A stretch of DNA of 64,000 bases from Schmidtea polychroa (Eukaryota), in contig CM097887.1 of NCBI GenBank assembly GCA_044892525.1, positions 114,864,397-114,928,396 on the forward strand, written 5' to 3'. Below are positions 40,225 through 52,656 of the stretch, piece after piece. The notes beneath the pieces are model-generated. The model saw nothing but the letters and a program-made list of their open reading frames with translations, did not search any database and had not been told where the DNA came from. A program made the translations under genes and the position numbers. Within the stretch, counting starts at the first letter, position 1. The number at the start of each line of letters is the position of its first letter.

Positions 40225-41419
40225 TTGAAATAAATATTTGAACAGAAAAAGTATAATAGCTAAAACGATGAAAACATTTTCTTCATTTCTAAAATTATTT
40301 TATCTTCAAACTGTTGAAATATTTCATTATTTCACTTAAAAAGAATAAATAAAATCTGTTAATAATATATGTAATGTTGAATTGATAATCTGAATCTTCA
40401 GTTATTTCTATTATTCCTAATGACATTTTATTCAGTATTTGTGTATAAATACATAAAATGAGTATTTTTGTTTTAATATCCGTTTTATGAGGATATATAA
40501 TGGATATGTATAATTCTTATATGTAAATGTTAGAAAATAAGATGCTTTCTTTGACTAAAAATTATTGCTCTCTAGTCGTATCATTTGAAAGGAATTTATA
40601 TCTCGTACAAAATGTACATTTTAAATGTAATAAATTCATTTCATTCAAATAAATATTTCATTATAAGAAAAGGAAAAATGAAATTTAAACTGAAAATCAT
40701 TTAAAGAGTTTTTAGGTTGAATCCTATTTAAAAATAGTAAATTATTTTCATTCAAAACTCGACAATCAGCCCATTAAATAACGACAAAAATAAATAATTA
40801 CATAGAAAAATAGTAATTTCCATTAACTTAATTGAACTTAAAATAATTGTTAAAACAATGAAAAAACAAATTTGCTGAAATTAATTATTAAATAAAGAAT
40901 TAATTGCAATAAAATCTGAAACAGGTTATTTACAAAGTCATTATGTAACTTTTTATTAACAAATCAAATTTATATCACCAAAAAATTTGCTAATTGGATA
41001 TTTATCAAAAGAGGTTGACACTTTATCACGAATGCCTTACATAATGCTCTTCCTCAATAATTATCAACGTTTCTTTGCAAAGTTTCACATTTGAAATCAC
41101 AAAGGCTAATCTACAACGATTTAAACAAACCCTCACCTAAATGAGGACGAAAAGAAAAATTTTTCATTACTGTCATTTTTCTATATATTAAATAATGAAA
41201 AATCATTTGTTGTCATACAGTTTAAAATTATTTTTCAATTAGTTAAGAAAGAAGCTAAAAGCGAGAAATCAGAATAAGATAGTTACATAAATAGAAGTTC
41301 TTACGAATTAGAAAAAGAAGCAACTTATCTTAGAGAAAAAATGGATACATTAGAAAAGAAATTAAATGATATTTGGAAAATGCTTCGAATTATTAATAGA
41401 AAAGGGAAAGATTAAATGA

Positions 41420-41770
41420 GAATAACAAAATGTTTTAATTGCCATAATATTAGAGATTTTGTTTGAAATTGTCAAATATTTTCTAATAAAATAGGCCAAA
41501 CATGTGCGTAACATTAAGGGAGATGAAACTGATCCCATGATTAAAACTCATATAAATGACACAGGTTCGGGAAAATTAGAGTCCAATTTTTTCGATCAAA
41601 GAAAATAAAAAATATAGCTCAATTTATCAATAAACTAGGAAATAAAAAGACAATAAAACTTTAATTATACAAATTCACTCGAAATCAGTTAGGAATAAAC
41701 TTCTTATAAAAGTTGATGTCGGTAGGAAAGTAATATCCACTTTTATTAGATATTGGAGCAAAATTATAAA
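41420..41770 (+). pseudogene. Highly decayed Gypsy gag/protease remnant
   Basis: CFNCHN..FV.NC (zinc-knuckle-like) followed by LLLDIGA (aspartic protease DTGA-like); many stops. Confidence 0.4.
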
Positions 41771-41778
41771 TTGTAGAC

Positions 41779-42126
41779 TCTACCTAGAACTTTTACCATT
41801 TCCAACAACGTATTTGTGTGAGGCTAGTTTTTCCGTTTTAACGGAATTAAAAAATAAAATTCGAAATAGGTTATGTCCTGAAAATCATTTACTTCTAGCT
41901 TGCAGCACCATTAAGCCAAGGATTGAGCTTCTAGTTGCAGCCAAACAGGCTCATTGTAGCCATTAATTTTTTTATTTTTTATATATAAAAAAAACTAATA
42001 AAAAGTTATTGTTAGTTGTAAAAATTGTTGTTTTAGTTATATTTGCATAATAAAATTTTACTAGGGTACTTCAAAATTTAATAAATTACGAAAGGGTATT
42101 TTACGTAAAAAGTTTGAGAAACACTG
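41779..42126 (+). mobile_element. hAT Buster/Charlie 3' end fragment
   Basis: LLPFPTTYLCEASFSVLTELKNKIRNRL..EN.L.LA.S.IKPRI..LV..KQAH.SH*; right TIR AGTTTGAGAAACACTG; flanks TTGTAGAC/TTGTAGAG. Confidence 0.8.
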
Positions 42127-43078
42127 TTGTAGAGTATTTACTTTTATAAGAACTAAAGTTGATTAAACTTAAGCAAGGTAAATGTTGATTACTTTGTGCA
42201 ATTGTTTTATAAATTTTGTAAATTTGAGAAACAATTAAGATTTAAGGTTGCTGCATTATCGTTGCATTTTCATTGCATATTCGTTGTATTTTTGTTTTAT
42301 TTTTATTTATTTAAACGATTGATGAAAATAAATGTTATCTTATAAAAAAAACTACGAAATACTGATTAATGCTTGCGATTACATAAGAATTTCCATGTAA
42401 GAATTTTCTCATCTTGGAAAATCTTAAAATAAGTAGTAGCGAAAATTGGTGTTAATTATTAAAGAAGATATGGATGGACTTTCCGAAAAACTAAACGAAG
42501 ATAAAGGCAATTAAAAAATATCACTAGTGAAAAAACAAAAGATTATTTATATTTTTTTGCCCATATATATATTGCCCATTAAAATAAAAGTTCTCTTAAA
42601 ATAAAATTTTTCTAAAAGAATCTACGTAGAAAATTAGTTACTATGGATTTCAGCATAAAATTAAAGATTATATGTTGACAACAATTAATGTTTAAATTCA
42701 AGTTAGTTAATTCTGTGCAGCAAAACAACTATTAGAACTTTTGTTTGTTTAAAATGAAATCAATTTAAACGGTTAGAAATTGACAGATGAAATAAATTCT
42801 ATTAATCGAGCTCGGAATAAAAACAAACAGTATCCTAGACAAGAGGTTAGTGAGGCCTCGCCGTTAACACTTTAGAGCATTTCCTTAAATATTTCCATCT
42901 CTCTACTCACCACCAACTGTTTATGCAACAAATTCATTATAAAAAAAAATAATTTGTGAAACATATAAAAGTAGAAGTATGATAATTTTTATATTATTAA
43001 AATTAATTTTAAAAATGATTCTATAAATTTTTTAAAAGCAAAATCTTATTTAATAATATGTAAAATAAATAAAGTTTC

Positions 43079-43164
<86 letters not shown>
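43079..43164. repeat. (AAT)n microsatellite
   Basis: Directly visible. Confidence 0.95.
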
Positions 43165-43165
<1 letters not shown>

Positions 43166-44654
43166 CTCTTTCTCTGTAAATGAACTAATTAATTAGGTGC
43201 AAATATTGCGTGAGGAATTTTCTAGTTTTTTATGCACAGACGTGATATTTATGGATTTTACAGAAAATTTCATGATAATTTAGCCACTGTTAAAAACTGA
43301 AAATTTCCATGTAATGAAACAAATAAAAGATTCGTTGAATAAAAATAAAAATATTGACTTTATTTAAATCTGAACGGATTCAGTAAAGAAAAATGATCTT
43401 ATCTATGATCAAAACGAAACTGGAGTAATTGTGTAATTGTTTAATATGTATAAATTATTTAACCGGACAGTTATCAATTTTTTTCGAGGGGGGTTATCAA
43501 TGAAATTTAGGTATTTTCTGCTGATTTAATAATTCATAAATTATTGCATACATTTTTTGAACCTAAATGAGAATTGATTAGTTGACAATTATTAGTTACA
43601 TAAATATGACTATAAAAGTTACATGAATGCGCAAGAGCCTGAACTAAATGAACTTTAACCTTGTATATCCTCAACATATTTATTTAAATATGATTATTAT
43701 AATAAATATTTGTGATAAATTTCAGTTACTGTGATTAAAAACAGTTTTTTGGTGATTTATTTAGTAATTAATTGTTTTAATTATTTATAATAAGTATGAA
43801 TATTTTGTTTATCGAGATTCTACATTATTGTCATTTCCATTAATGTCCATTACTCTCAGAACAAATTGGTAAACATTCAATAATTATATGGAGCCCTGGA
43901 AGCTTTCTTGCGTAAAGGCCCGACTATAATTGCGCAATTGGTTCTGACTCAAAATGTGTTCCTGGGTATGGAAAAATAATAATCAAAGATTTTTTAGGAA
44001 AAAAGATAATTTACCGGCATAACAGACAATTATTATTTCGGAAATTAAATGAATTCTTCGATTTGTGGAGTTGTTTAAAAATACTATTTATCAAACGATT
44101 AACATTTTTTATTGTTACTTTTATCCTTACAATGCAATATATTTTTATTACAGTCTCGATTTCTAAATTCACTTCTATATCATCTTTCATTAATTATCTC
44201 TAAACCGGGTAAATTTTATGTTACTTTGAAGAATAAACTGACTGCATTGTAGTTTAGAATTTTCACATATATCAAATTTGTTATAAGAACTAGATACCTT
44301 GAAAGATTTTAAACTATTTGACCTAGGCTCAACCATTGCATAAATTTAATGCCTCCTATCATCTATACATGTTTTGGTTGAAAATTGCTCGGATATCAAT
44401 AAATTTTCTGCACGAATTAGCCCTGAATCTTTTTCTTCGTGTTCAATAGAAAAATTGGTGACCCCACAAAAGCCTATAGCTTATGTTTGAAAACAGCGTA
44501 GATATGAACACAGAGCTGAATTGTTTGGCGTGATAGATTAAACGCAATTGTAAGATGACCCAATTAAGACGTATTCCAGGAAGTCCAGCTAGTAGAATGC
44601 TTCTTCCATCTCGGTCAATGTAAAATTTAAAATCTTCATTTAGCATAGTTTTAT

Positions 44655-45089
44655 CGTAATGATGCTAAAATGCTGCAGGCTCTTAGATTCATTCTAGTAG
44701 GTGACGTGCTGGTAGCTTTTAATGATTTGGTCGATAATTATTCCCATCATAGACTATTGGAAAGACATTAGACCTTTGAATATGCGCAATCGTTTGAACG
44801 AAAATCTGTCCCGTATCAATAATTAAGTGGAGGCTTTGAATTGGGAATTTCAGCAGATGGTTGACTGCCGACATCCGTCTACCAATAAGCTGGTAAATCA
44901 TTTCCGGAAAGAGCAGGAACACGTGGAGTTGTTGATCCAACTTTAACAATCCGGTTTTAGAAATTCAGAAGCGTCCAGGTCAAAATACATTCAATTTAAT
45001 CGACGCATAAAAACTTTACTCCCAACTTAATGAACATCACAATTAATGGATTACCTACGCGGTGTCGCAAATAACGGTTCAATGTAGAC
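44655..45089 (+). pseudogene. MULE transposase C-terminal remnant
   Basis: MLQALRFILVGDVLVAF, RINN*VEALN..FQQMVDCRHPS..KLVNHFRKEQ, KY..FN.RI..L, LMDYLRGVANN. Confidence 0.75.
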
Positions 45090-45795
45090 ATAGACTTTAC
45101 AATAATATACGTTGCTTTTCATTGAAAAATTGTTAATAAATTTGGATGAATTAATTTGTTTGTAGTATTTTCATAATCTACATTTATTTTTGCATTTATT
45201 CTGTTGCGTAACCAGAAAAACTAAAGATGAAACCCAACAAAATTGCACTAATTTATTGATAACTAAAATTATATTTAGATACAATAATTTTCATTTATAA
45301 ACTTGAGATAAATTCCCCAAGGATTTCATCCAGTTTAAGACCAATTTTATATCATAAAAAAGCCAGTCCCCCAAAAGGCGACTCCCACCTATTAGCTAAA
45401 ACAAAATGCTTAATTTCCTTTTTATCAACTGGTTAGTATCCATGAATTTAACAGTATTTTGTAGAAAGTTTTAGCTAGTTGTAAGATCTGGCACAAAAAG
45501 GTCCAAATTATGTCTTCTGATTATTTGAATTGAAATCTTCCTATAAAATTTATTTTCGTTTAGGTCATATATTTATTAATTTTACAAAATATATAACTTT
45601 TAATAAATAAAATATTAAAATCTTTAAAACGTCATCATTTCTGATGTCATGCAAAATGAATTTTGAAACCCAGAGAATGTAGAAAGATGAAAATAAAAAC
45701 AGGCAGATAACCCTTAATCCACAAAGATGCATGACAATGTTTTAGAAAATATTTATTTGTCAAAATCGTAAGTCAAATTGACAGAATAATACGCT

Positions 45796-45830
<35 letters not shown>

Positions 45831-48023
45831 CATTCACATCAGACTTTAATTACAAGACCTCTCATTACACAATTTTCATTAAATCGACTTCTCTGATTCA
45901 TATTCCTGTTTTTATTAGTACAAAAATATCGTAATAACTTGGAGATGCAAATTTAGGAATTTAAATGGATATCAGTTTTATATAGTTTTCACAAAGCATT
46001 TTTCCCTTGAGTTTAATTTTATATGAAGGGTTAAAATGCATTTTGTATAAATAATGAAAATATCGGTTCCCCTCCTCACAATGCTTAATTATAAACTGTT
46101 AAATGAATCTTGAAATGGTTTTTTAATATGAAGGATACGACAGAGAGGTTGTGAGTTTCTACGAGTAACATGATACGCACAATAAGGATATTTAATCAGT
46201 AGTCTATTGGATATAATTTTAATATATTGAATCTGAAAAAGAAATATTTTGTATAAATTTAGTTTTAATTTACAATTTTTATAAATAAATCTTTCATATA
46301 ACTCATTTGTTCTTTATTTTTAAATGATATATTAATCTAGTAAAAACTAATGTATGTTGAGATTATGACATATTTTGAGACCTCAACACTTATCTCATGA
46401 TTCCGCTATTGGCCTTTCCAAGGAATTTCTTAGGATCCCGGGATATAATTAACTATGTTAATTAATTAGCCCGAATAAGTAAGGTGATTAATTATTTAAA
46501 AATTGAAATCAAGCAAAGAACTTAAAAAAAATAAGAAGAGACAAGTTAGAATAAAAGATTTCAAAATGTGTTACTTTTTCAATTTATATTGTTAACTTTT
46601 ACTAAACCTTGAGTTTGAATACAAGCATCCCTCAAATAGTTATTTAAAAAAAACGTATTTCAATCTAACTGATATAAAAACGGTTGGACAACTATTTTAT
46701 CACAAAGTTTTTATCTCTTATTTGGTATCATCCTAATCTCAACCTAGCCATGAGCCTTTTTTATGATTCATTCTATAGCTAATATAATAAATAAAAAAAT
46801 TGACTATGAATATTGATTCATAGTCAAATTTATTTTATAAATACAATGCCAATTGTAAAGAAATTAGAGGTGAACATCGAAAGAAGTTCTTATAATATAT
46901 ATTGTGGGTTTACATATCTATAGTATAACACAAATACTCATACATTCACAAAATATATTCATGAAAATTTCACAATTCACTAATTTTACCAATTACCCCA
47001 GGTAGTTATTACAGTCAAACCTCAACAGGTCACTTCTTTTCATTCGCATTTATCTTACCCTTAAGTTCTCATACTAACTCCTAATCTATTTAATATGACA
47101 TTTTAAACAATTTTTTGTTTATCAGTAAAATCTGTTCTTAATTATTCTTTAATTTGAATTATTTTTATTTTTCAATTTCTAAAGCTTCCTTTATTCACAA
47201 ATTATAAATCAATATTTTTATTTATTTATCACAAATTTTCGATACAGCCTTTTACAAATGCTTGTTTATGTATATTTTTAATTTTAAGTTTTCCAAAAAA
47301 TGAAGAGAGGAATTTCTTTCTTTTCTTTTCGTTTACACAAAACACAAATAAAAATTAAACGAATAAAAAACTAAACACTTGAACCTGCCACAATAATTAC
47401 CTAAATTGCATTTAATTTTTTTTTTCATTTTTGCTAGTTGACATTTCAGTTGAATAGAAGAATTTTCAAATGAATTTATGTATATTTTAAAAGTAATATT
47501 ACATTTTAATTTGCTTGAGATTGATAGGAAAAGAGAGAGTGCAATAAATTTGTAGACATTTAGCAAAAAAAATTATGACTCATTCTCAATCATGGAGTTT
47601 TTTTCTTTTTTTGTTTTAATTTTTATCATGAATTTGAGTTTAATTAAAAATTTAGTTTTATTTCAAATATTTGATTTATTTTGTTTTTCTTAATATGTCA
47701 TAATAATATGTTATCATAATATGTTATAATATTTTATAAACAATTATTTTGAATATTTAAATTATTTAAATTTGAATATTTAAATTATTTAAACGTAAAT
47801 AATTTTGTAGTTAACCATAGAATTATTTCGAGCAACTTTTTAAAAATTTAATTAACCAAAAATTTTTTATTTTCAAAAGATATGGCAAAGTTTCTTTGTG
47901 AGACTGAGAGAGTCTTTGAATAAATGTATATAGTCTTTATCAGTTTTTTTCGACTAATTTAGATTCTCGGAAGGTAAATGTGGGTCACAGTCTTTATAAA
48001 CCTATTTTAAATATTGAATATTT

Positions 48024-48893
48024 GGATCAGATAACAAAAAAGCCCCAAAGGGTATTAGGTAAAAAAAGCCCCAAAGGGTATTAGGTAAAAAAAGCCCTAG
48101 ATAAAAACAAATAAAACAAATAAAAGATTCAATATGAAAAGAATGAAATTATAAAAAAAATACAAAATCTATTAATTAACCAAGTCCTAAAAATTATAGA
48201 AAAAAATAAACCAGATTGAAAAACTTCGTAAATTATTTATTAGATTAATATAAATTAAAATACAGTTTAATACAGGAAAAAAAACTTTAAACTGCGATAA
48301 TTATAGAAAATAAAATTTAAGATTTAAAGTTTAACTATTCTTAGCAATGATTCAAGTAAATTTTTCTTATTATTCCATTTCCATTTATACATTCTGATAG
48401 AAATTCATCTCTCATACATGTACACACCCTTTTCGTGCCTTTATCTCAAATTTTAATGCATTATTGAATGACTCTACATGTTAAGTGTGAACTCCAGATT
48501 CAGGGTTCACAAAATTATACTTATGGCACACGGTACTGTGTGAAAACCCTTCCTCACAAATCCTTCCATAACTCTTGTGCTCATCTGTATGAATCACTGA
48601 ATTCTGAACGACCCACTTCTTTAAAATAGATACCATTGTTGTTGCTTTTTTATCATCAATCACCTGCGCCCATACCAATGCGTCCGTTTTATTTGTAGAA
48701 AAACGACCCATATGACTCTTACATTTGTAATTCATCATTGTCTCATCTATCTGTACATCTTTTATTTCAGTTTCAGTTTAATGTTTAGTTTAATACATTT
48801 CTATATTTATTTTTAATTATTTAATTATTAAATTCAATTAAATTAAATTAAACCACAGGTAAAAAAAGCCCTGGGGCTTTTTTTACCTGATCC
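48024..48893 (-). mobile_element. Merlin (IS1595/ISXO2-like) internally deleted element
   Basis: TIR GGATCAG(A/G)TAA(C/A)AAAAAGCCCCA; perfect 8-bp TSD GAATATTT; subterminal tandem repeats; fragment MMNYKCKSHMGR..TDAL..IDDKKATT..VIHTDEHKSY..HSTVCHKYNFVNPESGVHT (48481..48738). Confidence 0.9.
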
Positions 48894-50910
48894 GAATATT
48901 TTGTATATCCTTGAAGCTAAGCTGTTTTACTTTTCATTGAAAATGCGTCAATACTATATTAAAATAAATTACGTAATAAACATGGCAATGATTTATTTAT
49001 TAGCAATGCAAACATACGTACAATATATTTCGAAAGTCTCACTGTCATCATCTGTTACGATAGAAAACAACTATAGATATTATAGATTTATTACACAAAT
49101 TATAATCATTATTTAAAAAAATTTAATTTTAATTTGAATAACGATTTATTTTTAATTTAATCATATTCTCAAACAATCTTTATAACCATTTTAAAATTCT
49201 ATTTATATTTTGTCATAATGCAAATAAATGAAATATAAAAAAAAGATCTCTCTTTCGTTGATAAACAAATTAATCAAATAATTTTTTTAGTAAATTGAAA
49301 AAATATGAGTTTGCCGCAAAATTTCGTTATTTTATTCACTGAAACTTTATGTTGTTTTCTTACGTTCTGTGATTAAATTTGCATTTATAGACGTTGCAAA
49401 ATCATACAAATTAGTCATTGTTTGAATACCACCAAGGAAATTTACATTTTCTGAACTGCCACAGGTTAAATTTCACACTAATGAGGAAAGGTTTAACTTA
49501 TTTTTTGAGTCAACTATCTATGCTCTTTTCAAAATATGAGAATGGAAAAATGGATTAGAATTCTTTTAGTGTTAGAACTTTCATTAACCACATTACAAAG
49601 TTTGAGTTATTCGTGTTAACTAAGCCTTTGAAGTTCAATTTTTCGTGAATTGTTTCATTGCTGCGGTATTTTCTTTTTTTTATAAATTGTGTATCAGAAT
49701 TTACGTTTGATGGCTAAAAGTTGAAATGAATGATATCATGGCCTTTTTTGAAAAGACTTCAACAATCTCTAAAAATAACATCATAACTATATATTCTTGG
49801 TGTTTTATTTAGAGATTCAAGATAAACTTTTAGTAAATATTACACCCCCAGATTTTTCTCATCTTATATGGTTGAAGAAGTTTTTAGTTCAGCAATTCTT
49901 CTACCTTATGGAAATTCGACTACTCATTTCAATGTTTTTGCACTAGAGAAATTATTATTAAAAGAAAAAGTTAAACTATATAAGAATTTAAATTTTGCAA
50001 TGAATCTTGAACCTTGAATAGCTGATTACAGTTTTCTAAGCCTTAAAAAACGCATTAAAATTGACGTTCAGAATTCGATTTAGGAAAACTTTTAAGTGAG
50101 ATTAATTTTTTAATATTCATCTGAACATTTTGATAACTTTCTAGAGTTTGAGACCAAGACTTGATATTACAGATAAGAGTGAAAATTATTTTTGAAAAAT
50201 AAATTTTTATATAATAACGATAAATTTCCTAATACCTTTTTTTGAAAAAATCGCTCGAAATAAAGTTTGCCGCCCCATCAAAGACTTCTGGCTGTGAAAT
50301 TTTTGTAGAATATATTTTTACAATTTTATATTATTGCTAAGAAAATTAATATACAAATAGTAAACAAAATCTTAGAAAATCTTTAAATATTAATAATTGA
50401 TTTTATTATAAAATATGAAAAAAAACTTTTAGTGATAATTAATTGAAATTTCATTAATTTAATATTAAATATCCATATAAATAATTATTAAAGTTCATCA
50501 ATAAATAAGAAAAATATCTATAAAACTATAATTAAAACAAAAACTCAATCAATGAGATGGAAAATGAAACAAAGTGAAATTTTATATTTTGTTTTGTTTA
50601 GTTTGAAATGAATAAGAAAAAAAACATTATCTTTTAAAACAAAATTACATTATTATACCTGTCAATTATCTCATTGAAAAAGATTTCAATTATCTCCACT
50701 TGTCGTTAGACAATTAAATAAAAGATTTTCTTTTCATTTAATTATTAAATTTAAAATTCTTATATTAAAAGATGTATTTCTCGAAAGTTAATTTTTTTAA
50801 TTTTAGAATTTGAAATAAAATAAATAATATATGCTTTATATTCAAGTAAGATGTTGTGAATTGTGCCAAAAGTACATCAAATTTCATGACAGCAGTTCTT
50901 TTTGAAATTT

Positions 50911-51016
50911 ATCTTAGACAAAATACTAGAGGAAGAATTGTAGAAAGGAAAATATTAAAACAATGCAATTATTCAATTAGACAGTGTTGAAAACTTATTT
51001 AAAAACTTACAAAGGA
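50911..51016. repeat. 106-bp direct repeat, copy 1 (copy 2 at 56435..56540)
   Basis: ATCTTAGACAAAA(T/C)ACTAGAGGAAGAAT...CTTACAAAGGA, with a few substitutions between copies. Confidence 0.85.
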
Positions 51017-51609
51017 TGTAGTGAGCTTTTAGACGGTCTCATCATAATCTATATAAATCTTGGCTATGTATATTTCGCCGCTGTGATTCAATCATCACCA
51101 ATGACTTCGAAAATAAATAAATTAACAAATCGGTACACAAGCATCCGTCGAATTCCTGCGTCGATTGTCACTGGATCTCATTGGATCAAATTAACCTCTC
51201 TCAATTTAACCTCGATTATTTAAACTCTTACTGATAATGATATAATGATACATAAATTAAATGTCATATCTGCATTATTTCAAATGAATTTCTTTTTGGA
51301 AGCGGTTAAGCGGTTAAATGAACATGTAATTTTTTTAATGCAAATTATGTAAAATTAATTATATGATAAACTTATTATGAGGAAGTTTTATGATGAAGAA
51401 ATTTTTAAATTGAAAATTTTAAAAATTAAAGTTTAGATTAATTTTTAAAAAAACAAAATAAGAAGATATTTTAATTAAAAATATCTTCGTAGAAAATTTG
51501 TTTAAATAAGAAAGATTAAAGAAGATATAATTTGATTTTGATATTTATTGAAATAAAATTTATAGAAACAAAAACTGATTTTAATGTTTTACAGGATGAA
51601 CCTCCTAAT

Positions 51610-52656
51610 ATGGTGGCAGCGGTAAACACGGACGCAATCACCGAAAGATTGCTACCAAAGGTATTCTGCCAAGGGGACGATTTGGAAAAGTTCATTAAAA
51701 GATGCGAAATTTATTTCGACGCCAAGGGAATCACGCAGAAGAAAGACCAGGAAAGATTAACATCTTGCATGATTGATGAGGATCTCCTGGAAGTGTACGC
51801 TAAAACACTGAAAAAAGCCGAAGGATTCCAGGCTAGGTTGCGATTGGCATTCGATCGTGAAAGAGATGTTTTAAAGGATCTACAAAACTTGTTGAATTAC
51901 AAACGGAAGGGTGAAGAAATAGAAACGTATTTTAAAAAGGTGGAGGACCTTGTTGATAGGTTGTTCGAAAATAAAGAATTTACCAAAGAGAAATTAACAG
52001 CAAGGATGTTAATAGTATGTGCGGAGAATAAAGAAGTTGAGAAAGAAGTGATACTACGGAAGATAAAAAGCACAGAAGAAATAAAGGAAACATTAACTCT
52101 GATGGACAAAGTAGACAAGCAAAGAGAGCAAATAGACAGTATGAAACGTTACGCCAGAGTGGTCTATCAGGAACCACAGGGAAGAGTACAATACAAGAAG
52201 AAAGAACAGAGAGAAGAAAGTATCCGAAGAGAAATGCCAGAATGCTGGTTATGCCACAAAATAGGACACATGAAAATTGATTGTCCAATAAAAGGTAAAA
52301 TAGAATGCTGGACATGTCATAGAAGCGGACATATAAGTAGAAACTATCCAGATAAAAAAGCTCCAAGATGTTTTGGGTGTGGGAAAGAAGGTCATATAAG
52401 AAGATTGTGTCAGGAAATACGTTGTGAAAGATGTAGCAGAAATGGTCATAGATCCGAGGAGTGTTATACAAAGATGAGGCACGGGAGAGCGACGGAGAGA
52501 CAAAGATTCACGGGAAACAGATACAGTCGGATAAATGGTATCGAGGAAGAAGAAGAAAGGGAATCGTGTGTAGAGACAAATGAAGATAATTTTAGGAAGA
52601 CGTTCCCAAACAACAGGGCTCCACCAGTAGAGGAGTTGGTTGGAGCCATATTCTAA
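51610..52656 (+). CDS. gag: Gag with four tandem CCHC zinc knuckles
   Basis: Open frame from ATG 51610 (MVAAVNTD...); knuckles CWLCHKIGHMKIDC, CWTCHRSGHISRNY (last C mutated), CFGCGKEGHIRRLC, CERCSRNGHRSEEC. Confidence 0.9.
   Translation: MVAAVNTDAITERLLPKVFCQGDDLEKFIKRCEIYFDAKGITQKKDQERLTSCMIDEDLLEVYAKTLKKAEGFQARLRLAFDRERDVLKDLQNLLNYKRKGEEIETYFKKVEDLVDRLFENKEFTKEKLTARMLIVCAENKEVEKEVILRKIKSTEEIKETLTLMDKVDKQREQIDSMKRYARVVYQEPQGRVQYKKKEQREESIRREMPECWLCHKIGHMKIDCPIKGKIECWTCHRSGHISRNYPDKKAPRCFGCGKEGHIRRLCQEIRCERCSRNGHRSEECYTKMRHGRATERQRFTGNRYSRINGIEEEEERESCVETNEDNFRKTFPNNRAPPVEELVGAIF
51611..51622 (+). other. Primer-binding site, probably tRNA-Leu
   Basis: TGGTGGCAGCGG directly after the 5' LTR; complementary to the ...CCGCUGCCACCA 3' end typical of eukaryotic tRNA-Leu. 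Confidence 0.75.
52605..52647 (+). promoter_or_regulatory. -1 ribosomal frameshift signal (gag to pol)
   Basis: Slippery heptamer C CCA AAC in gag phase (52605-52611), 5-nt spacer, then hairpin GGCTCCA-CCA...TGG-T-TGGAGCC (52617-52647); the pol frame is -1 and open from 52596. Confidence 0.8.

Noticed and set aside
49400-50300. Possible minus-strand integrase remnant (DGAANFISSDF)
   Set aside because: A single short motif; no other integrase motif could be placed.
51532-51609. N-terminal extension of the gag ORF in the supplied track
   Set aside because: Starts at TTG inside the 5' LTR; the first ATG is 51610.
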